A stretch of DNA of 64,000 nt. Source: Saccostrea echinata. Its lineage: Eukaryota. Location of the stretch: positions 4,712,001-4,776,000 of the forward strand of contig NW_026889790.1 in assembly GCF_033153115.1 (NCBI RefSeq). The letters run 5' to 3'. This document shows, piece by piece, positions 1-12,613 of the stretch (the first letter of the stretch is position 1; each line of letters opens with the position of its first letter). Made by a program: the position numbers and the translations under genes. Below the pieces are notes generated by a model, which was not told the origin of the DNA, did not search any database, and saw nothing but the letters and a program-made list of their open reading frames with translations.

Positions 1-470
1 GCTGTCATAATATAACACCATACCTTTGTGAGCTGTCATAATATAACACCATACTTTGGTGAGCTGACATAATATAACACCATACTTTAGTGAGCTGTCA
101 TATTATAACACCATACCTTGGTGAGCTGTCAAAATATAACACCATACCTTAGTGAGCTGTCATAATATAACACCATACCTTGGTGAGCTGTCATAATATA
201 ACACCATACCTTAGTAAGCTGTCATGATATAACACCATACCTTGGTGAGCTGTCATAATATAACACCATACCTTAGTGAACTGTCATAATATAACACCAT
301 ACCTTGGTGAGCTGTCATAATATAACACCATACCTTAGTGAACTGTCATAATATAACACCATACCTTGGTGAGCTGTCATAATATAACACCATACCTTAG
401 TGAGCTGTGACAGTCATAATATAACACCATACCTTAGTGAGCTGTCATAATATATAGCACCATACCTTGG
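1..470 (-). repeat. 31-bp minisatellite built from the POMGNT1 donor junction (AAG|GTATGG), about 15 copies, open at the window edge
   Basis: Unit gctgtcataatataacaccatacctt(a/g)gtga starts at 1, 32, 63...; the copy nearest the exon overlaps the exon end at 466. Confidence 0.95.
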
Positions 471-3400
471 CAAGTTGTTTCCACGTAGTGAAGTCTGTGG
501 GATGCTGCATCTGTATATATAACACATGGACGGTGTCCTAAATAAAACAAAAGTATATATAACACATGGACAGTGTCCTAGACAGAATGAAAAAAATCAA
601 ATATGTAATTATTAGTCCCCTACCGGTGAAACCGGAGGGGACTATAGGTTTCCTCTGAGTCTGTCCGTCCGTCTGTCCGTCCGTCTGTCTGTCTGTCCGT
701 CTGTCTGTCTGTCTGTCCCTCTGTCTGTCTGTCAGTCTGTCCCACTTGGTTTTCTGCACTTTTTTCCTAAACGCTTGCAGATATTGAGCTGATTTTTGGT
801 ATGTGGGTGTATCTTAATGAGTTACAGATCAAGTTTGCATTTCGTTCTGCTTCATTGATTTTTGACGGAATTACGGCCTTTTCAATTTTTACGGGTTTTC
901 CGCAATTTTCTTCTAAATGCTTGTAGATATTGAGCTGATTTTTGGTATGTGGCTTTACCTTGATTAGTTTTAGAACAAGTTTGCATTTCGTCCCGCTTCA
1001 TTAATATTTGACGGAATTATGGCATTTTCAATTCTTAACGGGAACCAGATTACACTTGCCGGTAGGGGACTAGTATTGCTAATGCAAAACTCTCAGAAGC
1101 TTGTTATACAAGAGGCACATGAGCCACAACGCTTGCCTTAGTAACTTTGGCCCTGCTGTTTTTCACCAGATTTTCCCTCCTGTAATACCTATTGTGACCC
1201 CACCCGACCCCTGGGGTCATGATTTGAACAATTTAAAATCTACACTACCCCAGGATGCTTCCACATAATTTTCAGCTTTTCTGGCCAAGTTGTTCTTGAG
1301 AAGAAGATTTTGAAATTTATTTTTAGTTTTCAGCTCAGGTGAGCTACTGTAATAAAGTCAGTAATTAATGAAATGTGTTCATTTTTCTCTCCTTTTTTAT
1401 ACATTTCAGAAATGAGGAGGTGACTTTTACATGCTTTTTAATTCTCAAAATGAGATTTGTATCTTGTGTTTACATGCTTTTTAATTCTTGAAATGAGATT
1501 TGTATCTCGTGTTTACATGCTGTTATTTCTGGAAATGAGATTTGTATCTCGTGTTCATATGCTTTTATTTCTAGAAATGAGATTTGTATCTCATGTTCAC
1601 ATGCTTTTATTTCTAGAAATGAGATTTGTATTTTGTTTTTACCTGATTTTTTGGAATGAGGCTACTATCACAAGGGTCTTTGGTGTGGTCTACCACTTTG
1701 GCTGTCTTCAGAATCTCATTAATCAACTCCTCATATTTCTCTGATGTCATCCTAATCAATATTCAAAAAGTGGTTATGTTCTCATAATAACACTAATTTG
1801 TAAGTGGTCAGTTGACAAACTTTAGCAGTGGTGCTTTTCACATAGCTTTGTTTACCTTTTTTTGACTTTGTTTACCTGTCTTTCTGTTTACATATCTTAG
1901 CTTTGTTTACCTGTCTTAGCTTTGTTTACCTGTCGTTGCTTTGTTTACCTGTCTAAATCTTTCAGAATGACATTGGACTCATTCAGAATGGAATGCTTCT
2001 TGAAGTAAACTTCCTGGAAATAAGGATTCATGTTGAGTCCTTTGGACCCAAAGTGATATGTCCGTGAAATGTCCGGGATGATGCACTCTCTGCCCTTCCT
2101 CATGGTAGGCAGCCTCATCCACATGTCCCAATCCCACTGCTGTAAACAGGAACAAGATGTGTTTGTGAAACACTATGCCCCCGTATGGTAGCTTATGTCG
2201 AAGGTTAAAGTTTCTCAAATGCAAGTCAAAATCCAGGCCAAAAGATAAAAAATGTTGATACCCAAAGAAAGATCTTGTCTCGAGGAAAACACCTGTGAAA
2301 TTTGAAAGACCTAGATACAACTGTTCAAAAGTTATGGTGAAGGTTAAAGTTTTTTAAATAAAAGTCAAACGTCAAGGTCAAGGTCAAAGGGGTTGGTATC
2401 CAAAGGAAGATCTCATCACAAGGATTACATATGTGAAGTATGAAAGCCCTAGCACCAACCATTCAAAAGTTATGGCCAAGGTTTAAGTTTTTCAAAAGTA
2501 GGTCAAACTCCTAGGTCAAGGTCAAAGGGTCAAAGTGGTTGGTATCCAAAGGAAGGTCTTGTCACAAGGATTACATATGTGAAGTATGAAAGCCCTAGCA
2601 TCAACCATTCAAAAGTTATGGCTAAGGTTAAAGTTTTTCAAAAGTAGGTCAAACTCCTAGGTCAAGGTCAAAAAGTCAAAGTCGTTGGTATTCAAAGGAA
2701 GGTCTTGTCACAAGAATTACATATGTGAAGTATGAAAGCCCTAGCTCCAACCATTCAAAAGTTATGGCCAAGGTTAAAGTTTTTCAAAAGTAGGTCAAAC
2801 TCCTAGGTCAAGGTCAAAAGGGTCAAAGTGGTTGATATCCAGAGGAAGGTCTTGTCACAAGGAATACACATGTGAAGTTTGAAACCCTAAGCACCAACTG
2901 TTCAAAAGTTATGGCCAAGGTTAAAGTTTTTTAAAAGTAGGTCAAAGTCCAAGGTCAAGGTCAAAAGGTCAAAGTGGTTGGTATCCAAAAGAAGGCCTTG
3001 TCACAAAGAATACACATGTGAAGTTTGAAACCCCAAGCTCCAACTGTTCAGAAGTTATGGCCAAGGTTAAAGTCTCATAAAATTTTGCAAAAGTTGGTCA
3101 AACTCCAAGGTCAAAAGGTCAAATATGATGGTACCCAAAGAAAGGTCTTGTCACAAGGAATACACATGTGAAATATGAAAGTCATAGCTCCAACCAATCA
3201 AAAGTTATGGGCAAGGTTAAAGTTGACAACAGACAGACAGACAAGCAGACAAACAGACAGACAGGACAAAAACAATATACCCCCGGGATCTTTCGATCCG
3301 GGGCATAAAAATTATCCAGTCAATTATAATTCAGCAGATAATATAACTCAGACAGAATTATAATCCAGACAATTATAATTCAGAGGAAATATAACCCTGA

Positions 3401-6400
3401 CAGAATTATAATCCAGGCAGAATTATAATCCAGACAATTATAATTCAGAGGAAATATAACCCTGACAGAATTATAATCCAGGCAGAATTATAATCCAGAC
3501 AATTATAATTCAGAGGAAATATAACCCTGACAGAATTATAATCCAGGCAGAATTATAATCCAGACAATTATAATTCAGAGGAAATATAACCCTGACAGAA
3601 TTATAATCCAGGCAGAATTATAATCCAGACAATTATAATTCAGAGGAAATATAATCCAGACAGGAAATATAAATGATAATGATCTACATTGTTCAGAATA
3701 ATTTGGGCATAACCCCCCTTGCTTTAAAAGTGGGGCTTAAAAAAATCTGATGAGGATTTTTTTAAGAAATAAGGTATCATTTTTAAACTTTTATCAGGAT
3801 GTAAATACGGGTTGGTCATGTGATCAAATACCAGAAAGCCCGAAGGGTTTATGGTAGATTTGATCATATGTCAACCCGTATTTACATCGTCACTGTGAAA
3901 TTATGTCAATCGTTTTGATTTAACAATGAGTTTAAGGACACGTGACGATCCTGTTTTAACTTAAGGAATGTTTTTAAGTTTTGTGTAAGTTATTGGTGTG
4001 TAAATCACACAGACTTGTCACGTAGGCATATTTCATGAAACGCACTAGCGCTTCATGATAAATATGCCTACCTGGAAGTCAGACTTAACTTAAAAACATT
4101 CCTTCTATTTACATTTTACATGTTTAAATGCACCAAAAACACACTTAATGTTTGAATTTCTCCCTGCCCTATATCGTCATATTTCTATTAACGCCTCTGT
4201 AGCCTCATTGTGATGTCACTTTAGCGCAAGTTTCTCTGTGTATATTTCTATGCGTGAGTATACACAGAAACGGTTTTCAAATCAATTTCACAGTTGGCTT
4301 AGCAGAAAAACACAGCAAATGCAAATACATGTATATAGAATTAAATATGCCTTACTTAGATAGTGTTATATAAGGGAAAACATTTGCAAATGTAAATATA
4401 TAAGAATAAAAATTTGTCTTTTCATTTGTATTCCTACAAACTTCTGAGCTATGTGTGGTGTTGTCTTAACGTATTGTGGTCCCCTGCTTTCAGGCTCTAA
4501 TCAGGGTTGGGGTGCAATGATTTATGGCATATTGTGTTCTGTCTGTCCATGATACTAAAAGTGTTACCTTTTTTTTAAGTAATGTGTTCTGGTGCAAAAT
4601 TATGGCCAAGATTAAAATTATTTAAAATGTGTAAAATTTTCAGGTCAAACTTTAAGGTCAATGTAAGGATGTCAAAAGTCTTGGAACATTCAGAAAGTTC
4701 CAAGCACAGGTAATAAACAAGTGAAATACATGTATGAAAGCCATATCTTCTCTCATTCCAAAGTCATGACTAATTAAAGTTTTTGTCACAGACAGAATGA
4801 AAGATAGATCCACAGATAGACAGGCAGATGGTGGAAAAATGAGATTTAATGTCCCCACACTTTTGCAACAGCATGGAACAAAAAAAATGTGTGTTGTACC
4901 ATGTGTGAGAAAACAGGCTGATTGTATGAGTGTATGTCTCATGTGTGAGAAAACAGGCTGATTGTATGAGTGTATGTCCCATGTGTGATGTACCATGTGT
5001 GAGAAAACAGGCTGATTGTATGAGTGTATGTCTCATGTGTGAGAAAACAGGCTGATTGTATGAGTGTATGTCTCATGTGTGATGTTTTTGAAGTAACATT
5101 ACTCTTACTTTATCGGGGGATGGCCATTGTTTCTCCAGTTCTGTTTTGAACAGTTTTTTCTTGAGTAGCCACCCCAGACCAGGCATCGTCTCCACCCTGT
5201 AGAGAAGGCTGGGCTCTTTACAAGAATGGGAGTATCCCTAATACAAAAAAATTAATCTGTCTCAACTTTCATTCTCAGATTAAACATTACTGGCATTTAT
5301 TTTTTCAATGTTTCAAGAAAGACTATTAAATAAAGTACATGTATATATGGAAGATAATCATCTGGTAGACATTCATTGTTGCAGTACAGTACCTATGCCT
5401 ACCTGGTCATTCCATGCTAAGATAAAGTATAGTATCTATGTCTACTTAGTCTTTCTGAGATAAGTTATAGTATCAATGCTTACCTGGTCAATCCATGTTG
5501 AAATACAATACAATATCTATGCCTACCTGGTCATTCCATGCTGAGATGCAGTATAGAGTGTCATCTTTCTCCATTAGATGGATTGTCTGACTAAAATAAC
5601 TGAGGAAAAAAAACAAACTCTTGTTATATCAAAATAACATTCAACATTTACCTTACTTTATATGAACATAATAATTAAATAATGCCACAATAAGGTTCTG
5701 TTGACACATTTAGTTTTGTCACATAATCCACTTACTTAAAGAAATCAGGTGATACATCAAGGTCCTCTTCTATAACTATTGTGTACAGAGCTGACTGTGG
5801 AGTAAAGGAGAACATGTTAGACTGTTAGCTGTATTTGAAGTCATAGTGTTGTACATAACAAGACATTTTAAGCTCTAAATCGCTTTTGACTGACACACAT
5901 TTATACACCTCTATAACGAATACAAGATACAACTGAAAAGGAACGTGTACTAATTTCATCCACTGTAAGGAATTAATTAGAGATACAAAATATTTGTAAT
6001 AAAGATCTACTGCATGATACTCTGATACAGAACTCTTGGAATATAGTTACAAATTAAATTTTGATTACTGAAAATATATTCACCAATAATTGCAATGCCT
6101 TAACATCTATATATCTTTATCCTACATTTGTATTAAAGTGGATTCACATCAAAATTTGTCTGCTTTTCAAAGCCAATTCTAGTCTTACCTACAAGTGTAG
6201 AATACACTGAGGATGATACTTTGACAATGAAAGAGTACTCACTGGATGAAGGTCAAACGTAGAGGTCAGACTGGCCTTATAGTGTTGACTGACCCTCGCA
6301 TTCTTCTTCCCCAGCGGCGTGTGCTGAATCCCCCTCAATCCTAGGAGTCTCGTCACCTCAAGAGGCTCCTACAGGGAAAAAATACATACACTGTCATTGA

Positions 6401-9400
6401 TTGGTCAAAGTTTCACACTGACAGTAATAGTGAATTATTTAACATTTATAATCTTCTAGGCATGGAGTTTTTTGGTTTTTTTTTTTTGCTAAAAGCTCTA
6501 TGGGGAGTTCATAACAGTTCTAACATGTACCCTGATGTTCCCTCCTTGTTTATATGCCATTATAAGATGTTGATTTATATTTCATTTCCAGAGATATGAA
6601 GAGGGTACATGGTTCAAAAAAGTCCTGGTCTCTCAAATTTCATCATTTATCTGATGAGGATTAAGTAGTTTTTCATGTTAATGGCATTCCATGTTAACAT
6701 GTCCAACTAAAGTCACATTTACTTGTTAGCAGAGTAAACAAATATTCACCTCGAAAAATCCATCAATAAAAACAGTGATCATTTCTGGCTTTACTCCAGC
6801 TGTGGACAAAAGCCTGATAAGCATTCTGAAAAAATAAGTACAGTATTTAAAATATAATACTCTATTTTTTACAAACAAAAAATCATGGGGCACCAGAATT
6901 CAGAAACTTCTAGCATGAAAATTGTGTACATCTGCTGTTCAACTTAAAACAGTTTAATTCTGGGTAACTTATAGGTATACACCTGTACCCTCATATTTAA
7001 CTCTGGGTAACTTATAGGTATACACCTGTACCCTCATATTTAACTCTGGGTAACTTATAGGTATACACCTGTACCCCTCACCTGTACATATACTGGGGTC
7101 TGTTGCTAGCTATCACTGTTATGGCCACATTCTCCAAATTATCCTTGTCCAACTATTCCACCATAATATAAAAAATATATATATATGATATACATATCAG
7201 GCAAGTTAGACCACAGTCTGTGTAATTGAGAAAAATGTAATAATAATGTTGGACTCATGATATTAAGTCCATGAACAACATGTACATGAAAAATGCATGC
7301 AAGCATTATATGCTTTATAGGAATTTGTCCTACCTTTGATGGATGGAATGTGATTGGGTCAGGATTTTGGCAGTCACAAACCTTACCATACCCCTCCATC
7401 TTCTCACAAAATGCCTGTCTCTTAGGCTCAGTCTTTGTCCACGGACAATTAGAATCTACCAATAATTGTATTACCATCCATTTAATAAGGGAATAATGTT
7501 ATTTCAGGTTTCCCTAACAAATTCAACTAAGGAAAACATTAATGAAACTGCTTCTAATGCAGTTTGACACACTTTTCAAATCATATCAAATATGGGAAGT
7601 AAGTAAGGGTACCAGTTGAACTCCTTACCTTGTACTGGAACCAGTTTAACGACCTCCGTGACAGTAATTCGATCTCCCCAGCTTCCCATACTTGCAGCCT
7701 TGTTGTGGCGCTCACTGATGACCTTACCTAAATATCATTTATATTGTAAAAGTACAGGAAGGCATCAAAAGTGAGTTGAAAGTTCCTACCACCTTTATTT
7801 TAACCTCAATAATTCAAACTCTTGGATATCTAAAAGTTTTTTCTTGGCCCCACTGAATTTCAGATGACAAGTTTTGACTGTACATATAAGTATACTTTAA
7901 AGTACAACACAGGTATTGTAATTCATTCATGACAATAATAACAAAAACACCTGCAATCAGTTTATTCTCAATGAATCATGATCTTACATACAGAGCTTAC
8001 TAACTTAAAAGGTTCAGACTACAAAAAAAAAAAACGAATTAGTCATTTTTTCTCAACTTATTCCAGTGAAACTTGTCTAATCCAACATACACTGGGAAAC
8101 AAATTTTCTGACAGAATAGACTGGGTACACAGTATAAAGAACATCGAAAACAGTCAAATGGGAATGCCTTAGATAAGGGTTGGAATTCACAGTGAAACGG
8201 ATTACACAGGTGTCAGATTAGACAGATTTCACTGTAATAAGATACATACAGTAAAAGTACCAAATAATTTTAAGTTCAGTTTCCTCTCAAATTTTCATTT
8301 AAATTTTGCTCTAAGCAACCTTTTAATTAGCCTTCTGAATCTTTCCCTTAATCAATGTTCTCTGAGTGCCTCCTTCAAATTAGCTTCTAAATATTTCCCT
8401 GAATCAATGCTCTCTGAGTGCATCTTTTAAACTATCTTCTGAATCTTTTCTTGAATCAATGCTCTGTACTCACCTCCTTTGAAGCAGATAAATATCCACA
8501 TGTCCCTAAAGGTTAGCTTCTCTACTGTCACACTGCCCATCTTGCCCAGGACTGCCCGGGCTTCAGGTTTTAGCTGAAATGACCCCTCATCCTGAAGAAG
8601 TAAAATAAAGTGATAGACCTGATTATACACTAGAATGTATGATCTACATGATGATGATTCAAATACACACATATTTGTATTTTGTATGATTCTAACATAC
8701 AGCAAGATCAGATCCTAATATGAGAGACTTGTGAAATAAAAATAATCTGAACAAGATCTGGCTTACCTAAATATAAATATGTTACTATTTCAGACAGATG
8801 TATACAATTTATTCAAGCTTATTAATACTCTTGTTAAAGTAGCAAGTCATCACCAATACCATTTTCATGACAAAGCAGTATGAATAATTTGTATGGAGAA
8901 TCCTCCAGTCCTGCTCCCTTGTCTAGCAGTAAAATAACCTTGTAGTACATGTATGCCCTACTATTCTCCTGATACGTACTTTAATGGTGAAGACTAAGAT
9001 TCTATTTTTAGAGATGCGGTCAATGAAGTCTAACATGGCTTGGTCTTCTCCTGCGCTGTACGTATCAAACACCTGTTTTGCCATTACATGGCCCTAAACA
9101 CAAAATAACAAATTTAAAAAAACATACTCTCAAAATGAACAGGTGAGAGATATGTTAATAAAGAAAAAATCCCAAATAATAATTCATGGAAGTTTCTATC
9201 TGTGTGCAATATCAAAACTTTTTAAAGACACAAATAATGACATTTCCATGCAACTAATACATGTATATTTATAGTTAGTATGGTTAAATGTTAATATTTG
9301 CATCTGATATTGCATATATTTGTCACAAAAGTAGATAATTTGTGACCTAGACTTGATAACAGTGTTCTTACTCATTCAGAAATTGATCATGTTGATAAGC

Positions 9401-10479
9401 TCTAGACTTTAAACTCCATACTTACTGTTGCTTGATTTAGGACCAATAAATGGATTCCCCTGTGGACATCGAAGTCGTCATCCTGGTAAACCTGGGGACA
9501 ATAAGAGGAATAAAATACTGAACAAATTATCACACAAACAAACAAACACACAAAGGTCTTCACATCTAAAAATTTTAAAACCAAGTACAAATCTTAAAAC
9601 TTAAGGAATTTATTGTTTTATTAGTTATGCATTCTGGTCAAACAGAAAATAACAATAGGACATTTTATCAAGTCAATTCTTCAGTTTTTAATCCAATATA
9701 ATTACTATTTTGTTGTAAACACACACCGTGTTTCCATTGATTGTTACTAACACCAGGGACTTGCTTGACGTTACACCGAGTGATATCTCTGTGGGGGGGT
9801 TCTCTTCGTCTTTTTTCTCGGAGACGGCTGGGGTTTCTCTTTTCTTGGATCTCTTTTCGGCTTCATTAGAAAATCGAAAAAATCCATCTCATTATAATCC
9901 ACAGGGGTAGTAAGGTTAAATGTTGAGGAAAAAAACACTAATTCAGATATTATTATTACTTGGTAATCTGTTCATTCAAATATACTCTTTATTTGGTTTC
10001 CTAGAGAAAAACTTCGGGCAGAGAAGATACAGAAAATATCCAAGAGGCATTTCTTCTATCACATTCAGAGTGTTTGTCACAACAAATTTTATTTTGCTGA
10101 TTTTTTTTTCTTTTTTTGTTCTTTTCTTTTTTTCTGTTTGTATGTTTGTTTATGTAATAGTAAGGTGTCCATTATTTATCCATCCCTCTATTTGTTTGTC
10201 TATCTGTCTGTCTGTAAACAATTTTTTTTCCAAAACACTACTCCTCCTACAGTTTCAGTCCAATTTCAATATAACTTAGTACAAGAGTACTTACAAAATA
10301 CATGTCTATTTATCAGTTTTTGAATATGTTGAACAGTATTGCCATGGTTACTAAAAATAGAAATTTCTGTCAAATTCGGGGCCCTGGTACTGACCTTGAT
10401 CAAGGTTTCTCTGATGGGTCTGCTTTATAAATGAAATGTTAACTATCGCAGTCACAACCAGTATCAGCAGCAGACCTCC
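466..10479 (-). CDS. POMGNT1: Protein O-linked-mannose beta-1,2-N-acetylglucosaminyltransferase 1 (partial: first coding exon unresolved, 3' end lies beyond the left edge)
   Basis: 16 phase-consistent GT-AG exons: 10479-10395 (TM segment [15 protein letters not shown]), 9860-9727, 9491-9426 ([12 protein letters not shown]), 9093-8980 ([13 protein letters not shown]), 8591-8474 (DEGSFQLK), 7727-7629, 7455-7334 ([14 protein letters not shown]), 7152-7082 ([11 protein letters not shown]), 6825-6750, 6368-6243 ([22 protein letters not shown]), 5794-5736 ([12 protein letters not shown], metal-binding motif), 5599-5527 ([10 protein letters not shown]), 5237-5109 ([12 protein letters not shown]), 2139-1949 (WDWDMWMR...[15 protein letters not shown]), 1751-1643, 537-466 ([10 protein letters not shown]). 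Motifs match vertebrate POMGNT1 (GT13) in order. Confidence 0.96.
609..1105 (+). mobile_element. Non-autonomous Helentron-type element (HINE/pearl-like)
   Basis: Subterminal inverted repeats tagtcccctaccgg (613) / ccggtaggggacta (1059), 5' stem-loop, (GTCY)n microsatellite at 659-740, two ~147-bp internal repeats, ends CTTGTT. Confidence 0.85.
1107..1347 (-). mobile_element. Internally deleted HINE of the family at 43463, tail-to-tail with the previous element
   Basis: Reverse-complement matches to the 5' end (tagctcacctgagctg), one satellite unit and the 3' end (gtggcycatg.gcctcttgt) of the 43463 element. Confidence 0.75.
1400..1660 (-). repeat. 42-bp minisatellite overlapping the POMGNT1 donor at 1643 (degenerate junction copies)
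   Basis: Unit gaaatgagatttgtatctcgtgtttacatgcttttatttcta aligns to ttttgtttttacctgattttttggaatgag at the junction; explains spurious ORF 1457-1744. Confidence 0.85.
1841..1955 (-). repeat. 19-bp repeat of the POMGNT1 donor GACAG|GTAAACAAAG, about 6 copies
   Basis: ctttgtttacctgtc recurs near 1867, 1901, 1920 and 1939; the last copy contains the exon end at 1949. Confidence 0.9.
2151..3310 (-). mobile_element. HINE carrying about 7 tandem ~146-bp satellite-like units
   Basis: (GACA)n microsatellite at 3228-3265, terminal hairpin cccgggatc...gatccgggg at 3281-3303, units recurring near 2401, 2547, 2693, 2840 and 2986, 3' terminus AACAAG at 2151 directly next to a POMGNT1 acceptor. Confidence 0.88.
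3310..3672. repeat. 65-bp higher-order repeat made of ~16-bp subunits
   Basis: ataatccagacaattataattcagaggaaatataaccctgacagaattataatccaggcagaatt repeated about 5 times. Confidence 0.9.
4899..5082. repeat. 40-bp minisatellite
   Basis: atgtgtgagaaaacaggctgattgtatgagtgtatgtctc x4, ending about 27 nt from the donor at 5109. Confidence 0.9.
5385..5548 (-). repeat. ~42-bp repeat of the POMGNT1 donor GGAATGACCAG|GTAGGC, 4 copies
   Basis: tacctggtca at about 5400, 5482 and 5524, plus a degenerate copy near 5444; the last is the true exon end at 5527. Confidence 0.88.
6950..7090 (-). repeat. 43-bp repeat containing GTACAG|GTG from the POMGNT1 donor at 7082
   Basis: tgggtaacttataggtatacacctgtaccc at 6961, 7004 and 7047. 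Confidence 0.88.
8063..8236. mobile_element. Tc1/mariner-type MITE
   Basis: TIRs cagtgaaacttgtctaatcc / gattagacagatttcactg, followed by TA on the right. Confidence 0.7.
8325..8482 (-). repeat. Degenerate ~51-bp repeat starting at the POMGNT1 donor at 8474
   Basis: aatcaatg at 8351, 8402 and 8454; one copy retains the AAGGAG-G exon end. Confidence 0.75.
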
Positions 10480-10619
10480 CTGTAACCAAGACAACAGAAT
10501 TATTTCACATCAAATTCTCTTTCACTGTCATCTTTTTATACATACTGATTGTCACTTCAATGTATTTATGTGTCTCAGAATATCATTTATCATAAACATT
10601 TATACTTTCATGTAAACTT

Positions 10620-10800
10620 CAGTTGAACTTCGGTTTCTCAAACACGGATATCTTGAATACCATGGATATGTCAAAGTCATTTTGAAGTCCCAACTGCTTA
10701 TTCGTTAAGTATTTTACCATGGATATCTCGAATCCTCGGATATCTCGAAGTATTTTCTCGGTCCCTTCTGTTCGAGATAACGATGTAACGTTTGACTGTA
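10620..10800. mobile_element. Tc1/mariner (pogo-like) MITE
   Basis: cagttgaacttcg... / ...gtttgactg-TA termini, with internal ggatatctcga repeats. Confidence 0.6.
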
Positions 10801-12166
10801 GTTGAATCTCATTTGTCAAGAAACATTTGTTTGAAAACACTTTTACAATCTGAATGATGAAACCACACCCTCCAGTATGATTGAAAGTAGCAACAGGCAA
10901 CATTGCTTGACGACAGCTGATATTCCAAAAATATATTAACTGCACATAATATATGTGCACAAGGTTCACTGATATATATCTTTATATAAAATATTCAGTA
11001 TTGCATGTAATATTTATACAATATCGTCTTCTCTCACACCAGATATTAACAAAAGGCATTGCTGGATTTCCTTTGTCATAGTTTTGCAGCACCAATCAAC
11101 AAATACATGTACCAGTACTTGTTAATTTTTGATACAGAAAATGAAGCATTTGAATATTAAATGATTTGTGTTTTAATATTACCTGAATTAAATCTTCAAT
11201 ATAAATCAAAGGTCATTTGAAATATTAGACCATGCATTCTTCAAATGCTCCATAATCATGATAATATAGAGTAAAGAAGAAGGTGCTAAGTCTACTTTAT
11301 TATTGTAATATGCAGAGTTCAACAGATACGAACATCTGTGGGGGTGGTTATTGTTGTTGTTTTAAAAGATTTTTAGAGACATGATAACAGTAACACCTGA
11401 TCTTTAACATGAAGTCTTGATACTTTGGTTTAACTAGGTCATTATACACATGGAAAAGCAAAAAGATTACCTGCAGAATTCTTGTTACCCATTTCTTTCT
11501 CAAGAGCATATTGGAATAGAACTAGTATTTCTGAAATACACATAAATATTTTAATATTACTTTGAAACATATATAGGTATCTTTTAAGATGCAGTGAGTT
11601 AAAAACAAAGACCAGCTTTTGCTTCAATCGTTGAGTTACAATATCCAGCTTGGACACTGTGTGAGTTAATAGAGAGCATTTACAAGAGTTAACACATACT
11701 GACTCTGGTCTCTTGGTGGACAGTGGTAACCCCTTTGACTGACTTAAATTTAATTTTCAGTAACATTTTAAACACTTAAACCATGTAAATAATTTATAAG
11801 TTGTTTACTGTACATGTATTCTACTATTTACAACAGAAATATGACACTTTACCATTTTTTTAAGGGGGGGGGGGAGTAACAAAAGAAAATATTATTCAGT
11901 AAAACACTTGGAAAACAAGAATAACTGAATATGCTATTGATGATTCGATTGTTGCCCACAACTGAAAGTTGATGCTAAAGTTCGCCAGATGTCAATTAAT
12001 TGTTGATTACAATAGTCATGATAAATCTGATTGAAAAAAATATAAACATGATGTAAAAATTGAAGTAACTTTATACAACTTGATATAATCTTAACTTTTG
12101 TGAAACAATATGGCTGCTCCATGTGGCAAAAGAATAGAAGATGGTTCATTCTGTTCTATATTCGAT

Positions 12167-12613
12167 CATCCTCACAATGTCAAGGTTTTGTGATTTCAGA
12201 ACTCCACACAAACCCTTGACATAAGTCGCTATTTAAAAGTTGGGTTTGTGGTTACACATGACGTAATGGGTAATTATAAACTAACCAATGAGAATATGTT
12301 TTTCAAATCCGTCGTTTTCAAATGGCCCAACTCCAGAGCATATGTTTTGTGATTGTTAGGAGGACGATCTTCCAAAGATTAATCCCTGATGTTTCATTTA
12401 ATGTTAACTAGTCACAAATCCTACAATATCGACACTTTCCATTTGAAAGACAAGTAATTACAAATCTTACCTATACAATAAAAGCTGATTGGTTCCAGTC
12501 CTAGACCAGGAACAAACGAAATAGTAGCTTTCTAGCCCAACTTTTAAATAGCGACGTATGTCAAGGGTTTGTGTGGAGTTCCGAAATCACAAAACCTTGA
12601 CATTGTGAGGATG
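12167..12613. mobile_element. MITE with ~80-bp TIRs and CATC...GATG termini
   Basis: catcctcacaatgtcaaggttttgtgatt...aaaagttggg mirrored at about 12535-12613. Confidence 0.9.

Noticed and set aside
1-470. CRISPR-like 31-bp repeats
   Set aside because: No unique spacers, eukaryotic intron context and no cas genes; it is a head-to-tail minisatellite.
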